Origin: a virus
Taxonomy: Duplodnaviria > Caudoviricetes
Strand: one strand, 5' to 3'
DNA: 56,241 nucleotides
IMG/VR virus record: IMGVR_UViG_3300005764_001667
Span: 1-56,241 of that record
Shown: piece after piece, positions 29,279-39,591 of the stretch
Layout: each line of letters opens with the position of its first letter
Numbering within the stretch: the first letter of the stretch is position 1
Program-made: the position numbers and the translations under genes
Notes under the pieces: model-generated
Databases searched by the model: none
Told to the model about the DNA's origin: nothing
Seen by the model: the letters and a program-made list of their open reading frames with translations, nothing else

Positions 29279-29494
29279 ATGAGCGTCCGCATTCAGCTTC
29301 GCCAGGGGGAGCCGGTTCAGGTAGCCGTGCGCCGTTTCAAAAAGGCCATCGAGCGTAGCGGCATTCTGCGCGACGCCCGGCGCAAGGAGCATTTTCAAAA
29401 ACCCTCGCTGCTGCGGCGGATCGCCAAGGCCCGGAAGCGGAAGGCGGCGCAACGCGCTAAAGAAGATGCCTTCGGTACAAAGGACCGTAAATAG
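29279..29494 (+). CDS. rpsU: 30S ribosomal protein bS21
   Basis: GEP...A.RRFKK....GIL...R.KEHF.KPS..RR; SD AAAGGA. Confidence 0.9.
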   Translation: MSVRIQLRQGEPVQVAVRRFKKAIERSGILRDARRKEHFQKPSLLRRIAKARKRKAAQRAKEDAFGTKDRK

Positions 29495-30464
29495 GGTGGG
29501 CGTCGATCTCCCGCTCCAGGTCCGCGACAATATCACCGCAGGCATCGAGTCGCTGCTGTTTTCGTTCCCAGGGGATGTCCCAACTCATCATCTTGATGTG
29601 GTGGACCATCCCCGGACTTAGCGGGACAAACTTGAGGCCGGCGGCTCTGCCGTCGTGGAATATCCAAGCCCCGATGTCGTAGCTGATGTAGCGATATGCC
29701 TCGTCCTTGATGGGCCGGGTCGATACCGTCTCTACCACTCCCTGCTCCCGCCACCAGGCGAGCCAGGAGTCATAATCCACGCAGTCGGGCAGCATGAAGT
29801 CTTCGCAGCAAAGGTGAAAGGCGTCCCAACGACTGCCAATCCGGTGCATGAGGCCCTTCCGGCAAATGTTGAAGTTTCCGGCCATGTTCGGGAAAAGGAG
29901 CAAAGGCGCGTCCCCCCGCCAGCCGTGATGGTTGTAGGAGGTCAGGTCGCAGCACAGAAGTGCGGGACTGTAGGCCATGAGAACGTCGGGGTCGGCAAAG
30001 AATTTGCTGTCTACCTCATCGGTCCAGTTGGCGTTGAGGAGGATGTTGTCGTCGTGGACCGTGAGGTAGGCTTCGGTCATGACGAGGTTGGTGGACATCT
30101 CGACGGCCATCGCCTCGGTGACGTAGGACGGGTACGGACTGCCGGGGTACTTGTGCCAACTGCGGATGAAAGAAAGGGGCATGTCGCGGCGGTTGTCGGG
30201 GTCGTCCGCATGAAACCAGGGGGCGTAGTAGAGTTCTTCCAGAAGTCGCTGCTTGCGGTCGATCTCCTCTTGGCGGTAGCCGCTCATGCAAACGATGATG
30301 TGTTCGAGTTGACGGTTGGGCCTTGTTCGCAGTAAAAGAGATAGGAGGGACCACAGCAGGCACCGAATCGGGGCCTGACCCGTGGCGATGATGGCGGTGA
30401 TCTTGCCGGGGATGTGAGTTCGGGTGACGCACTCCTCCTTGCTGCAAATCATTTGCGGGTGCAT
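29457..30464 (-). CDS. glycosyltransferase-like (GT-A) protein
   Basis: ITAIIAT...TEAYLTVHDD...YDIG; upstream TAAATA. Confidence 0.6.
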   Translation of the reverse strand: MHPQMICSKEECVTRTHIPGKITAIIATGQAPIRCLLWSLLSLLLRTRPNRQLEHIIVCMSGYRQEEIDRKQRLLEELYYAPWFHADDPDNRRDMPLSFIRSWHKYPGSPYPSYVTEAMAVEMSTNLVMTEAYLTVHDDNILLNANWTDEVDSKFFADPDVLMAYSPALLCCDLTSYNHHGWRGDAPLLLFPNMAGNFNICRKGLMHRIGSRWDAFHLCCEDFMLPDCVDYDSWLAWWREQGVVETVSTRPIKDEAYRYISYDIGAWIFHDGRAAGLKFVPLSPGMVHHIKMMSWDIPWERKQQRLDACGDIVADLEREIDAHPIYGPLYRRHLL

Positions 30465-30481
30465 GGGACTATTTAGGAGAC

Positions 30482-33400
30482 GTGATGGATACTCTCAAGA
30501 AAAACGCCCACGGCGGCTACATGAAGATCGCCAGCCTGGAAGACTACCTGGGGCACGAGCGGTACACCCGCGAGTGGATCGAGAAAAACCGACCGGCGGA
30601 AGAACTGCCGGCCCACGATAAACGTAGTGCCGAGGCCGAGGAGCGGCGGATGAAGGTGCTGGAACGTTTCCGCCACACCCTGGTTTGTGAGGGTTCATAT
30701 CCAGAGCATGACGTGGCGCAACGTTGGTGCTGGCGGCGTTTCGGGCCGGTCGATACCAAGAAGTGCTACGAATACCACTCGGAGTATCCGGGATGTTCCC
30801 TGGTGCTGGAAACCAAGGTGCTGGCCACGGGCGGGAACAAGGACGGCTCCCGGTGGGCCGAGTGGCGGTACAAAGACCCAGGTGAACATTCCCACGAAGG
30901 AACCTGGACCACGATCTGGCACGGCAAGACCGGCTACGACTACGGGTTTGCGGAATATTGTTTCCAGCACGAAGCTGACCGCGATGCCTTCGGGGAAATC
31001 GTGGAAAAGTTGGGCATGGGCGAACTGTATGACGCACATGATAAACCGGGGAGCGATCCGAGCATGGTGCCCCAATGCGAATCTACCCGTCCGACTTGAT
31101 GCCTGTCGCCCACGGGACATACTGCATCTTTTGCAAGAAGGAGAACGGCTACGAGTTAATGGTCCGGGCAGACATGGACCTAACCTGCCCCGACCAGGAA
31201 GACTTCGTAATTGCTCAGTGGGACGACGCGGAGGATGCGCTGGACGCCGCCGAGTGGTACAAACGCTCGATGAAGAAGTTGGGTGTGGTGGTCGAGGAAG
31301 TGCGGGTCTTCCACAAGGACTCCATCGGGCGGATTTACGAGGTTTACTACAACGACTACGGTGAGGTAAACTTTAACCCGGAGAAATTCTGATGCTTCCG
31401 CTCGGCAACATCGTGCGCAAGTTCAACTTCCACGCCCGGAAGTTGGAAATAACGTCTACTTTTTACGCCCCGGCGGAAGACCTGACCATGCACACCTTCG
31501 TGGGCGGCGAGGTTTATAACGTGGCCTACCAGGGGAACAACATCTGGCTGCTCACGGATTTAGGGAAGAAGGTCCACATCACGGACTGGCAACTACTGAG
31601 TGTCGAACCGCGAGGTTGAAATGGACGAAGAACAAGCCCTCCTGGCCATCGGCAAGGAGGGGGATTGGGAAATGAACCTGTGCGAGACGGGAACTTCCTT
31701 CCTGTCTTTGACCATCGAGTACGCCCCGCGCCACAACAACGGGGAAGTGGATTCCCAATGGTATTGGGACATCCTGGTTCACAGCGAGGACTCCCTGAGT
31801 CGGCTGATGAAAATGGTGAACAGCCCGGTGGAGGAACGCCCGGCCCATGCTATGATGAGCTTCGGGGTGTTCGGCGGCATGGCGGTGGAGTTTGTCTGGG
31901 ATGACGAGTTCACCGACCGGGTGTTTCTCAAGGCACCCAGCGTGGGCAACGGGACGTTTATCTGGACCATCGCAGGCCAGGCGTTGGCCGACTTCGCGGC
32001 CTGCCTCAAGAACTTGTTGGAGGACTTGAACAAATGAAGCCGAAGGAAGTGTTCGAGAAGTTGAAATCGGTCAACGTCCGCATCTTCGCCCTGCGCCTGA
32101 GCGGCCATCGGCGGGAGACGTTGCTGTACATCCACCCAGACAAGACCACGCCCCAATGGCGCGAGGATGTGAGCCGCTTCCGCGACCGTAGCGAGCGTGA
32201 AACCAACGATTGGGCGGATGATCGAGTCTGGAACGACCTGACCAACTACCTGGCGGGCCTGGGCTACTGCCAGGTGGAGGACGTGGCGGCAGACGTGTTC
32301 GAGGGCCGGGTTTCCGCGACGGTTGCCAAACTGGTGGACGACCCAGACCATGACGACATCCAGAAGGATGGCTTCGGCCATTTTGGGTGGGAGAGCAAAG
32401 ATGCCAAGGAAAAAGCGTAGCGCCGACGACTACAAGAAGGCGGCGGAAGACTCGCTGATTCTGGCGGAAACCCTGGCCGGTCAGAAACCGATGACCGACC
32501 AGGAATTCCTCCAGCGCATGGGCCGCAGTGACGAGATGGTGGAGCATGATGGCAAGAAGTGCGGCCTCTGCTATAACATCATCCTCGGTGCCCAAGTCGC
32601 CCGCGACATGCTGAAGGCCGGCGAGACGGAAGATGTCATTAGCAAATGGGCGGAAGAGGCCCGCCGCCGTTGGCAGGAAAGCAAGTTTTTCAAGCTCTGG
32701 CAGAAGGAAAAAGCTGCCGGACGCGACCCTCACGAGGCGTTCAAGAAGCGAGGCTGGGAGCCATGAAAGACATCTTCCCGCTCGGTAAGGACGCGGTGGC
32801 CGTTATCCCCACGGTCATCAAGGAAATTGATGACATGGAGAAGGTCGCCGCCGAGATGAAGGACTTCGCCCGCACGCACCCGCACGACTACAAGGCGACC
32901 ACGGAGGCCGTCCTCAAGGCCCCGCACCTGGAGGCCGAAAAAGACGCCACGGGCCTGCTGCACGTCCGTGGTTACGACGACCTGCTCCAGAAATATAACC
33001 GCTTCATCATCTTCCCCGGCTGGTTGCGTCCCATCCAGTTGACCTGGGTGGAAAACGTTGTGCCGGAGGGTATGATCCAGCAGTTAACCATCTTGGACTA
33101 CAGCCACCAGCCGTTGGAGTCCGAGATGATCCGGTGTTTGACATCGTTCTTCTGGGACTTCGACAACAAACCGGAGTGGAGGAGCGTGAAGCAGATTCCC
33201 GGAACACCACTCTACGCTGCGGTCTTGGCCCGCCTGGTGCCCCATGACGCCTAAAGAAGCAATGACCCGCATCGAGAGCATGGAGTTCTCGGTCGAATAT
33301 AATGTGTGCAGTGGCCTGGATCACCTGCTGCGGTGCATTGAGGAGGATGAAGGCTTCAAGGTACTTGACGCCCTAGAGGCGGTCGGCAATCCCATTACCA

Positions 33401-33636
33401 ATGAAGGCGAGCCGACCAAGAAGGCAGTGCTTTGTTCGCGCGTCCTTGAACTGGTGTGCGAGGCGGCGGACCCGCAGTACGAACACCCACGCGACATGGC
33501 GGTGGCGGCGTATTTGTGGGTGTTGCGGGACGCCCCTTTCTGGCGGAAGAGCGCGGCGGACTTTATTCTTTCCGGCACTTGCTGCAACTGGAACTGGTTC
33601 TGGGCAAGGAGGGTAGCCGAGAAATATCGAGGTTGA
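30482..33636 (+). CDS. run of coupled hypothetical ORFs (30482-31099, 31075-31392, 31392-31619, 31600-32037, 32034-32420, ~32401-32766, ~32763-33254, 33244-33636)
   Basis: Tightly overlapping co-oriented ORFs, no recognisable motifs. Confidence 0.6.
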
Positions 33637-33717
33637 CATGGAAGTTATTGGGGTTCTCCTCATTATATTGATCGTGTGGTGGTTCTGGCACATGCTCTCC
33701 GATGGTGAGGACGACTG

Positions 33718-33969
33718 ATGCCAAAACTTGGCTTTTGGTGGTGGGTCAGGGCGTATTTCAAAGTCTGTTTCAGCCGTGAAATGTGGCTGAACTGGCTTTT
33801 CGTCATCTTCTACGTTCTGATGCTGGCCACCCACCTGGAACGCGGCTCTTTCGACCCCTGGTTGCTAGTCAAACAAGGGCTTCTTTTGGTTGTCATGGCT
33901 CTGGTGTTCGGGGCGATGGGTGTCATCGGGGCGATGATAAAACTGCGAGATCAAAATGGACCATCGTGA
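33718..33969 (+). CDS. small membrane protein
   Basis: Two hydrophobic segments, TGATG coupling. Confidence 0.55.
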   Translation: MPKLGFWWWVRAYFKVCFSREMWLNWLFVIFYVLMLATHLERGSFDPWLLVKQGLLLVVMALVFGAMGVIGAMIKLRDQNGPS

Positions 33970-35158
33970 AATCGGGCGGCGGTTGGACCTGTTCATGCAG
34001 CACGAGCTTGCGCCGGGCTGCCCAATCTGGCTGCCCAACGGCACCTTGATTTACAACCTGTTGGCGGACAGAATCCGCAAGTTCAACGCCCAGCACGGCT
34101 ACCACGAGGTCCGCACGCCGGTCCTGTGGAACCACGAGCTTTATAAACTGTCCGGGCATTGGGACCACTACCAGGACTTCATGTATGGCGTCCACGGGCG
34201 GGAGGAGGACAAACTCTATAACCTCAAGCCCATGAACTGCCCTGGGCACATGCTGATCTTCAAAAGCAAGCAGTGGTCGTACCAGGACTTGCCCTACCGT
34301 CTCCATGACCAGGGGATATTGCACCGCGATGAAACCTCCGGGGCCGTAGGGGGTCTGACCCGGTGCCGGGCCTTCTGCCAGGACGACGGCCATGTGTTCC
34401 TGCGACCCGACCAGATCGCTCAGGAAGTCGAGGACATGATAAAGATGGTGGAAACCATCTACGTCGAGCGCTTTGCCATGCACGACTTCCGCATGGCTCT
34501 GTCTACCCGCCCCGAAGACTTCATGGGCGATCCCGGCGAGTGGGACCACGCCGAGGCCCAGCTTCGGCTGGCCATCAATCGCCCCGGTGCGAAGTTCACC
34601 ATCGAGGGAGGCGGTGGCGCGTTCTACGGACCCAAAATCGACTTCTTCGTTAAGGACAGCCAGAACAAGGAGTGGCAGACCGCCACCATCCAGCTTGACT
34701 TCCAGTTGCCGCAGCGATTCCAGTTGGAATACACGGACGAGGAGGGCGTGCGTCGGACGCCCGTGGTCATCCACCGGGCCTATTACGGCAGTTTCGAGCG
34801 CTTTATCGCCATTCTGCTGGAACATTACCAGGGCAACCTGCCGTTGTGGTTGTCCCCGGTCCAGGCAGTCTTCTTGCCGATCAGCGAGAAGCAGAACGGC
34901 TACTGCGGCACCCTCAACGCGGAGTTCAAGGCGCGGGGTCTGCGTACCGAGGTCGATACGTCCAACACTCGCATCAACGCCAAGATCGTCCACGCCAGCG
35001 AGCGGATGGTGCCGTTTATGCTGGTGGTGGGTGACCGGGAAGTGCAGAGCAGCCGCGTTAACGTGCGCCACTTCCACGACAAGGCCGAGGAGGGGGAGAA
35101 GCCCTGGCAACGAGTCATGGAGCATTTAAGCAAACTGGACCGGGAGTCCTTCTACTAA
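33956..35158 (+). CDS. thrS: threonyl-tRNA synthetase lacking N1/N2 (editing) domains
   Basis: Starts at DHREIG; SGHW.HY, KPMNCPGH, HR.E.SG..GLTR.R.F.QDD.H, AFYGPKID, TIQLDF, IHRA..GS.ERF, anticodon-binding domain. Confidence 0.96.
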   Translation: MDHREIGRRLDLFMQHELAPGCPIWLPNGTLIYNLLADRIRKFNAQHGYHEVRTPVLWNHELYKLSGHWDHYQDFMYGVHGREEDKLYNLKPMNCPGHMLIFKSKQWSYQDLPYRLHDQGILHRDETSGAVGGLTRCRAFCQDDGHVFLRPDQIAQEVEDMIKMVETIYVERFAMHDFRMALSTRPEDFMGDPGEWDHAEAQLRLAINRPGAKFTIEGGGGAFYGPKIDFFVKDSQNKEWQTATIQLDFQLPQRFQLEYTDEEGVRRTPVVIHRAYYGSFERFIAILLEHYQGNLPLWLSPVQAVFLPISEKQNGYCGTLNAEFKARGLRTEVDTSNTRINAKIVHASERMVPFMLVVGDREVQSSRVNVRHFHDKAEEGEKPWQRVMEHLSKLDRESFY

Positions 35159-35371
35159 GTGCGGAAATACTACAAGTTCTACCTGTATTTCTCCTCCCGC
35201 AGCCAGGACACGATGTACTGGTATTGCGACGATTTGCGATTTAAGAACAAGGACGAAGTGGTGGCCGAATGCGTTCGCCAGGGTTTCCTGTGCGACGTGT
35301 TCGCGCCGTTCGTAACGGCGGTATGGGAAGTCAGCCAGGCGGAATATCTGGAGACGATGTACGAGGATTAG
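35159..35371 (+). CDS. hypothetical protein
   Basis: ORF abutting thrS. Confidence 0.5.
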   Translation: MRKYYKFYLYFSSRSQDTMYWYCDDLRFKNKDEVVAECVRQGFLCDVFAPFVTAVWEVSQAEYLETMYED

Positions 35372-35631
35372 TGGACGCTGGCAAACAGGAACAGGATGAA
35401 AAGGAAGGCCAAGACCACGGCGATGTTCCAGACGCCGATGACCCACCACAACGGTAGGGTGACGACGGCAACGACCACGAACCACCCTCCTGCGATGCGG
35501 AGGAGGTTGTAGGGCACCATGTCCAGGTTGGGGGAGCGGATGGCGGTCAGGTAGAACAGGATCGGCCAGTGGAACAAGCCGCCGATCAGGTAGGCAATGC
35601 CGCCCAGGCGACCGTCGATGGGGTCGAACAT
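35368..35631 (-). CDS. membrane protein
   Basis: Hydrophobic ORF, SD GGAGGAG. Confidence 0.55.
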   Translation of the reverse strand: MFDPIDGRLGGIAYLIGGLFHWPILFYLTAIRSPNLDMVPYNLLRIAGGWFVVVAVVTLPLWWVIGVWNIAVVLAFLFILFLFASVH

Positions 35632-35672
35632 CGGTTTCTCCTCCCTACCCATAATACGTCGGGACGTTACGA

Positions 35673-35948
35673 ATGACAATGACAAAAACGCAGGCCCGCC
35701 AGTGGCGGTTCCTGGCGAAGAACGGTGCCCGACCCGCGATCCCGGAGTCCGTTTCCTGGTTGTTCGGCAAACCGGGGGACGAGATCAAGGCGGACATCGA
35801 ACACGCCCGCACCTGGGATTACGGCACAACCACGCACACCTGCGCCCGCCGCCTGGTGCAGATGGGTTTGCTCGACAATGATTTTAACCTGACTGAGTTG
35901 GGGCAGCAATACATGGACCGAGGCCCGCCGGAAAAACCCCTCCGTTAA
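35673..35948 (+). CDS. hypothetical (winged-helix-like) protein
   Basis: L.QMGLL...LTELG motif. Confidence 0.45.
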   Translation: MTMTKTQARQWRFLAKNGARPAIPESVSWLFGKPGDEIKADIEHARTWDYGTTTHTCARRLVQMGLLDNDFNLTELGQQYMDRGPPEKPLR

Positions 35949-35959
35949 ATAGATAAGGC

Positions 35960-37264
35960 ATGGGATTCAAGCACTGGCTGGAGAACTTGGAGGGCGAATC
36001 CGTTCGGGCCGAATTGGAACAGTTCTTCGGGCAGATCAAACAGCACGTCCTTCGCTCCTTCCGCCCCTCTCGCGGCTACGCCAGTTTCAGTTTTCCTGAT
36101 TATTCGAGTTTGTCCAGGCCGCTCATGCGCCTGGCCGCTTCCACTTTCTACCCCGGCGACCTCGTTGAAGCAAAATCAGGTGGCTGGGCTAAGGAGGGCG
36201 GTAAGGGCCAGGTCGCGCTTGGCAAGTTAGGCAGCACCCTCGCCTGGAATCCGCAGCAGCGAACCATGTTCCAGAAAGCAATGGACGCTCCCAAAGGGCG
36301 GTCGCTGCCGGCTACAGTTGGCCGGGAGATGGGCCTTCTGTTCGAGCTTGAGGCATTCATATATCTGGTACAAAATCGTGGCTTGAAGCCAATAACCGGC
36401 AAGGACTTGGCGTTCGCCCAGACCGAGCAGCAGAAATTGCAGGCGGGGCTGGTCGCCAAGTTAGGCCAGGATTTGACCGATCTGGTCATGGAATTCGTGC
36501 AAGTCCATGCCGCCGGCCCGCCGCACGGCATGGGGGAGATGATGTATCAGAAGACGTTGCAGTTGATCGGCAAGGGCTGCAACGTTGACGCCATCGAGTT
36601 CATGGGCGGACATGGTGGCACGTCCTACGATCCACTGCGCGGCGACACCGCAGACATTCGCATCGGTTGCGAGCAGTTTATGCCAGGGCAAAGGAGCGAT
36701 GTGGGCTATTCATTAAAAGCCGGCACCGAGCCGGAGATGCAGATTCGGAGCCTCACGCTGGGCAAGACGGTGCGCTTGTTTGGTGGCGATAACTGGAAAC
36801 TGGCTGCCCGGAGAATAAAGGCGCTGTTTAGCAACCCGTTGCTGGATGATAAGGAACGCCGCTCCGAGGTCATGCAAATCCTCCTCGACCTGGCGCGGAA
36901 ACGATTTAACACGCCTGGCAAGTTCGTGCGCTTGTTGGAATTGTTGCTGACCGGCGGTGCCGACACGCTCCCTGCTGCTCGACAGATGGTACGCAATCTG
37001 GGTGGGCCGGGCTGGTCACGGGCGTTTCAGATGTGTTTTGCCACCAGCGAAGAGCCTGGACGAAAGCTGGGGCCGAAGGCCGGTGCCACGTTGACGGTGG
37101 ACGCGAACCAGACCTATATTTCCCTGGCCTATATCGTCCGTGAGCCGAAGGCCAATTGTCGCACGACCCTGAAGTTCGAGCCGGAATATCAATTGACGGG
37201 TTTTCGGTCTGGGGTCGATGTAAGTGTGAACAACCTGACGGCGCTGGGTGGTCGGGGATACTAA
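35960..37264 (+). CDS. hypothetical protein, CTS-like N terminus, possible nuclease fold
   Basis: MGFKHWLE; FE...TADI...GYSLK. Confidence 0.65.
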   Translation: MGFKHWLENLEGESVRAELEQFFGQIKQHVLRSFRPSRGYASFSFPDYSSLSRPLMRLAASTFYPGDLVEAKSGGWAKEGGKGQVALGKLGSTLAWNPQQRTMFQKAMDAPKGRSLPATVGREMGLLFELEAFIYLVQNRGLKPITGKDLAFAQTEQQKLQAGLVAKLGQDLTDLVMEFVQVHAAGPPHGMGEMMYQKTLQLIGKGCNVDAIEFMGGHGGTSYDPLRGDTADIRIGCEQFMPGQRSDVGYSLKAGTEPEMQIRSLTLGKTVRLFGGDNWKLAARRIKALFSNPLLDDKERRSEVMQILLDLARKRFNTPGKFVRLLELLLTGGADTLPAARQMVRNLGGPGWSRAFQMCFATSEEPGRKLGPKAGATLTVDANQTYISLAYIVREPKANCRTTLKFEPEYQLTGFRSGVDVSVNNLTALGGRGY

Positions 37265-37418
37265 TACCTCGGCCCGTTATTCCTCCCGTCCCTCCACAGT
37301 ATGTAGATCAGTAGGGCAAGCAGGACCAGGAAGAACGTGCTGTAGCAGTCGAAGAAAATAGTCGTGTGCGCAAACATCATTGCGTCCTTGTTCTTTGCCG
37401 CACTGGTGGCAGATATGT

Positions 37419-38897
37419 TTAGAAATCAATCTCGCGGACGCTGACATTATGACCTCCATTACCTAATATACGCATCCGTTTGCGAGAATGTTCCAATAAA
37501 TAAGGATTTATGTCAAAGATAAAGTCATAATAGTTGAGCATTTCTTTGTCGTCCGCCTGGCGCAGCCCGCGCCCAATGCGTTGTTCGATCTGGTGTTCGG
37601 CCTGACCGCCTGCGGCATTGATGAGATTGTGAATAAAAACATTGATGCCGGTGTTGAAGATGCCTTGAGTGGCGATGGCGACGACGTTCCCCTTGGCTCG
37701 CTGGAGCTTCTTGATGACCTCCTGGCGGGTGTCCGCGTCGTCTTTGCCCTGGACCCAGAGTGCCCCTGGGATCATGCCGTAGAGGGCATCGCCGTGGGCC
37801 AGACGTTCCACGAGGATGAGGGTGCGACCCTGGAGGCGTTTGGCGAGGCGGCTAACGACCTGATGAAAATGATAGCTCTCTGCGATGCCGTGGGTGACGG
37901 CATCCATGTAAATGTCAAAGGGAATGGCCGGCTCAGTGATCGGGTAGAAGAAGCACCGCGACTTGGCAAGGATGTCACGGGCCTGGAGTTCCTTGGTGGT
38001 GATCTTGCCGTCGAAGGTGGCGTGAGTCTTGAGGGGCGGGCCGAAGAAACCCTTGACGAAATACTTCTGGACCCGATCCGTTTCCCCGAACTTGAAAGGG
38101 GTCGCGGACAGAGCCACCCGGACGCAGCATTCTTTCAGCATCCGGTACGCGGCCTTCGTCTTGACAGTCATCATGTCGTGGATTTCGTCCACGATCAGGC
38201 ACCGAATCTTGGGCAGCAGCCGTTTTATTTTGCCGATGCTCTGGATGGTGGAGCAGGTGATGATGTTAGGGTTGTTGCAACCGCCGCCCAACATCCCGCA
38301 GTAGGGGAAGCCCCAATTGGTGATTTCTTCGTAGTTCTGCTTGGCCAGGCTGATGCGGTTCTGGAGGACCAGGGTGGGGGTGCCGGGCGGCAGCGCCTTC
38401 AGGATGCCCACCATGATATATGTCTTGCCACTAGCGGTCGGGGCGTAGATCACTCCCCGCTTGTTCTTGATGACTTGGTTGATTAGGTCCACTTGATAGT
38501 CGTGTAACGTGACCGGCGAAGCCTGCTCGCCGTTGGTCCACGTCTTGGGCAGCCATTTGTTGAGAAACTGGTCGTCAACGGCGTCGAAGCGGAAGTCGAG
38601 TGGCTGGCGTTCGTCCACGATCTGGTAGCGGACGCCCCGGCGGTCCAGGGCCATGCACACTTCAGGAAGGAGGCCAGTCAGGAACTTACCGGGTTCGCGT
38701 TTGAAGAACTCAGTATAGCCGTCCCATATTTTTTGTTTGTAGGCGCGGTTGTGGAAATAATTGCGCTCGCGGAAGCGCAAGCTGGTCCACAGCAGGTTTT
38801 TGATCGAGTCGTTGTTGGTGACGAGCCAGGAGTAGTCGTTTTGAATGCGCAGGATCGCCATGTCCATATTTACGACCTCCATCCCTGAAAGTCGCAT
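37419..38897 (-). CDS. UvsW-like SF2 helicase
   Basis: DYQ, PTASGKT, DEIH, SAT, TGIN, QRIGRGLR. Confidence 0.9.
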   Translation of the reverse strand: MRLSGMEVVNMDMAILRIQNDYSWLVTNNDSIKNLLWTSLRFRERNYFHNRAYKQKIWDGYTEFFKREPGKFLTGLLPEVCMALDRRGVRYQIVDERQPLDFRFDAVDDQFLNKWLPKTWTNGEQASPVTLHDYQVDLINQVIKNKRGVIYAPTASGKTYIMVGILKALPPGTPTLVLQNRISLAKQNYEEITNWGFPYCGMLGGGCNNPNIITCSTIQSIGKIKRLLPKIRCLIVDEIHDMMTVKTKAAYRMLKECCVRVALSATPFKFGETDRVQKYFVKGFFGPPLKTHATFDGKITTKELQARDILAKSRCFFYPITEPAIPFDIYMDAVTHGIAESYHFHQVVSRLAKRLQGRTLILVERLAHGDALYGMIPGALWVQGKDDADTRQEVIKKLQRAKGNVVAIATQGIFNTGINVFIHNLINAAGGQAEHQIEQRIGRGLRQADDKEMLNYYDFIFDINPYLLEHSRKRMRILGNGGHNVSVREIDF

Positions 38898-38925
38898 TAT
38901 AACATACGGCCACGATCAACTCCAG

Positions 38926-39162
38926 TCATTGGCGGGGTATGTAACCCAACATCCTGCGTAATTTCTCGTCTACAAAATCTCGTGGGGTTTTACCGGCGCG
39001 GTGATTGGGCACCAAAAACTCGTCGCGGTTGGTTCGCCGCATCCTTCGTAGCCGCCGCAATGCGTAATACCAGTCCGCTTGGGGGTCACCCGGAATCCCC
39101 CTCCTTAGACGGCTCAGGTAGCGGTAGTAAGCCGCTACCTGGATTTGCTCCTGAGTTATCAA
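38926..39162 (-). CDS. DUF2934-like protein
   Basis: EQI..AAYY.Y..R...G....DW..A. Confidence 0.6.
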   Translation of the reverse strand: MITQEQIQVAAYYRYLSRLRRGIPGDPQADWYYALRRLRRMRRTNRDEFLVPNHRAGKTPRDFVDEKLRRMLGYIPRQ

Positions 39163-39234
39163 CCCCCACTCGCTGGCGGTCTGGAGGCTGGCTTTTCATC
39201 AGATTTAGCTGGTTGGACATGCACCGGCTGCTGG

Positions 39235-39591
39235 CTAGGGGTCAGCACCGGGAGATAACGGGGTATCGGGCCGCTTTTGCCCTTCCGCCTTGGTTGCCTC
39301 CTTTTGCCTCCGCAACATGCCATGTTTACCTCCTTTGAGTACGCGACTCGGATAGTTTATATAGCCGTCCATGCCTTCATCTTCCTTTTTCTTCTCGTCG
39401 TATTCATAAAACGACGAGTAGTCGTCGGTGATTACCACCTGCAAGTCGTGGTGGTGAATCAAGTAGTCCTTGTACTGCGAGCGGTCGGCTTCGTTGTAAA
39501 CCCGGAAGAACAGTTCCCCGTTCACGCCGCGTAGCAAGTAGCCCTTGACGTTGTGGGCCGAGGTTTCATTGGCTTGGAAGGTTCGTTCCAT
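39235..39591 (-). CDS. hypothetical protein
   Basis: ORF downstream of valS. Confidence 0.6.
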   Translation of the reverse strand: MERTFQANETSAHNVKGYLLRGVNGELFFRVYNEADRSQYKDYLIHHHDLQVVITDDYSSFYEYDEKKKEDEGMDGYINYPSRVLKGGKHGMLRRQKEATKAEGQKRPDTPLSPGADP

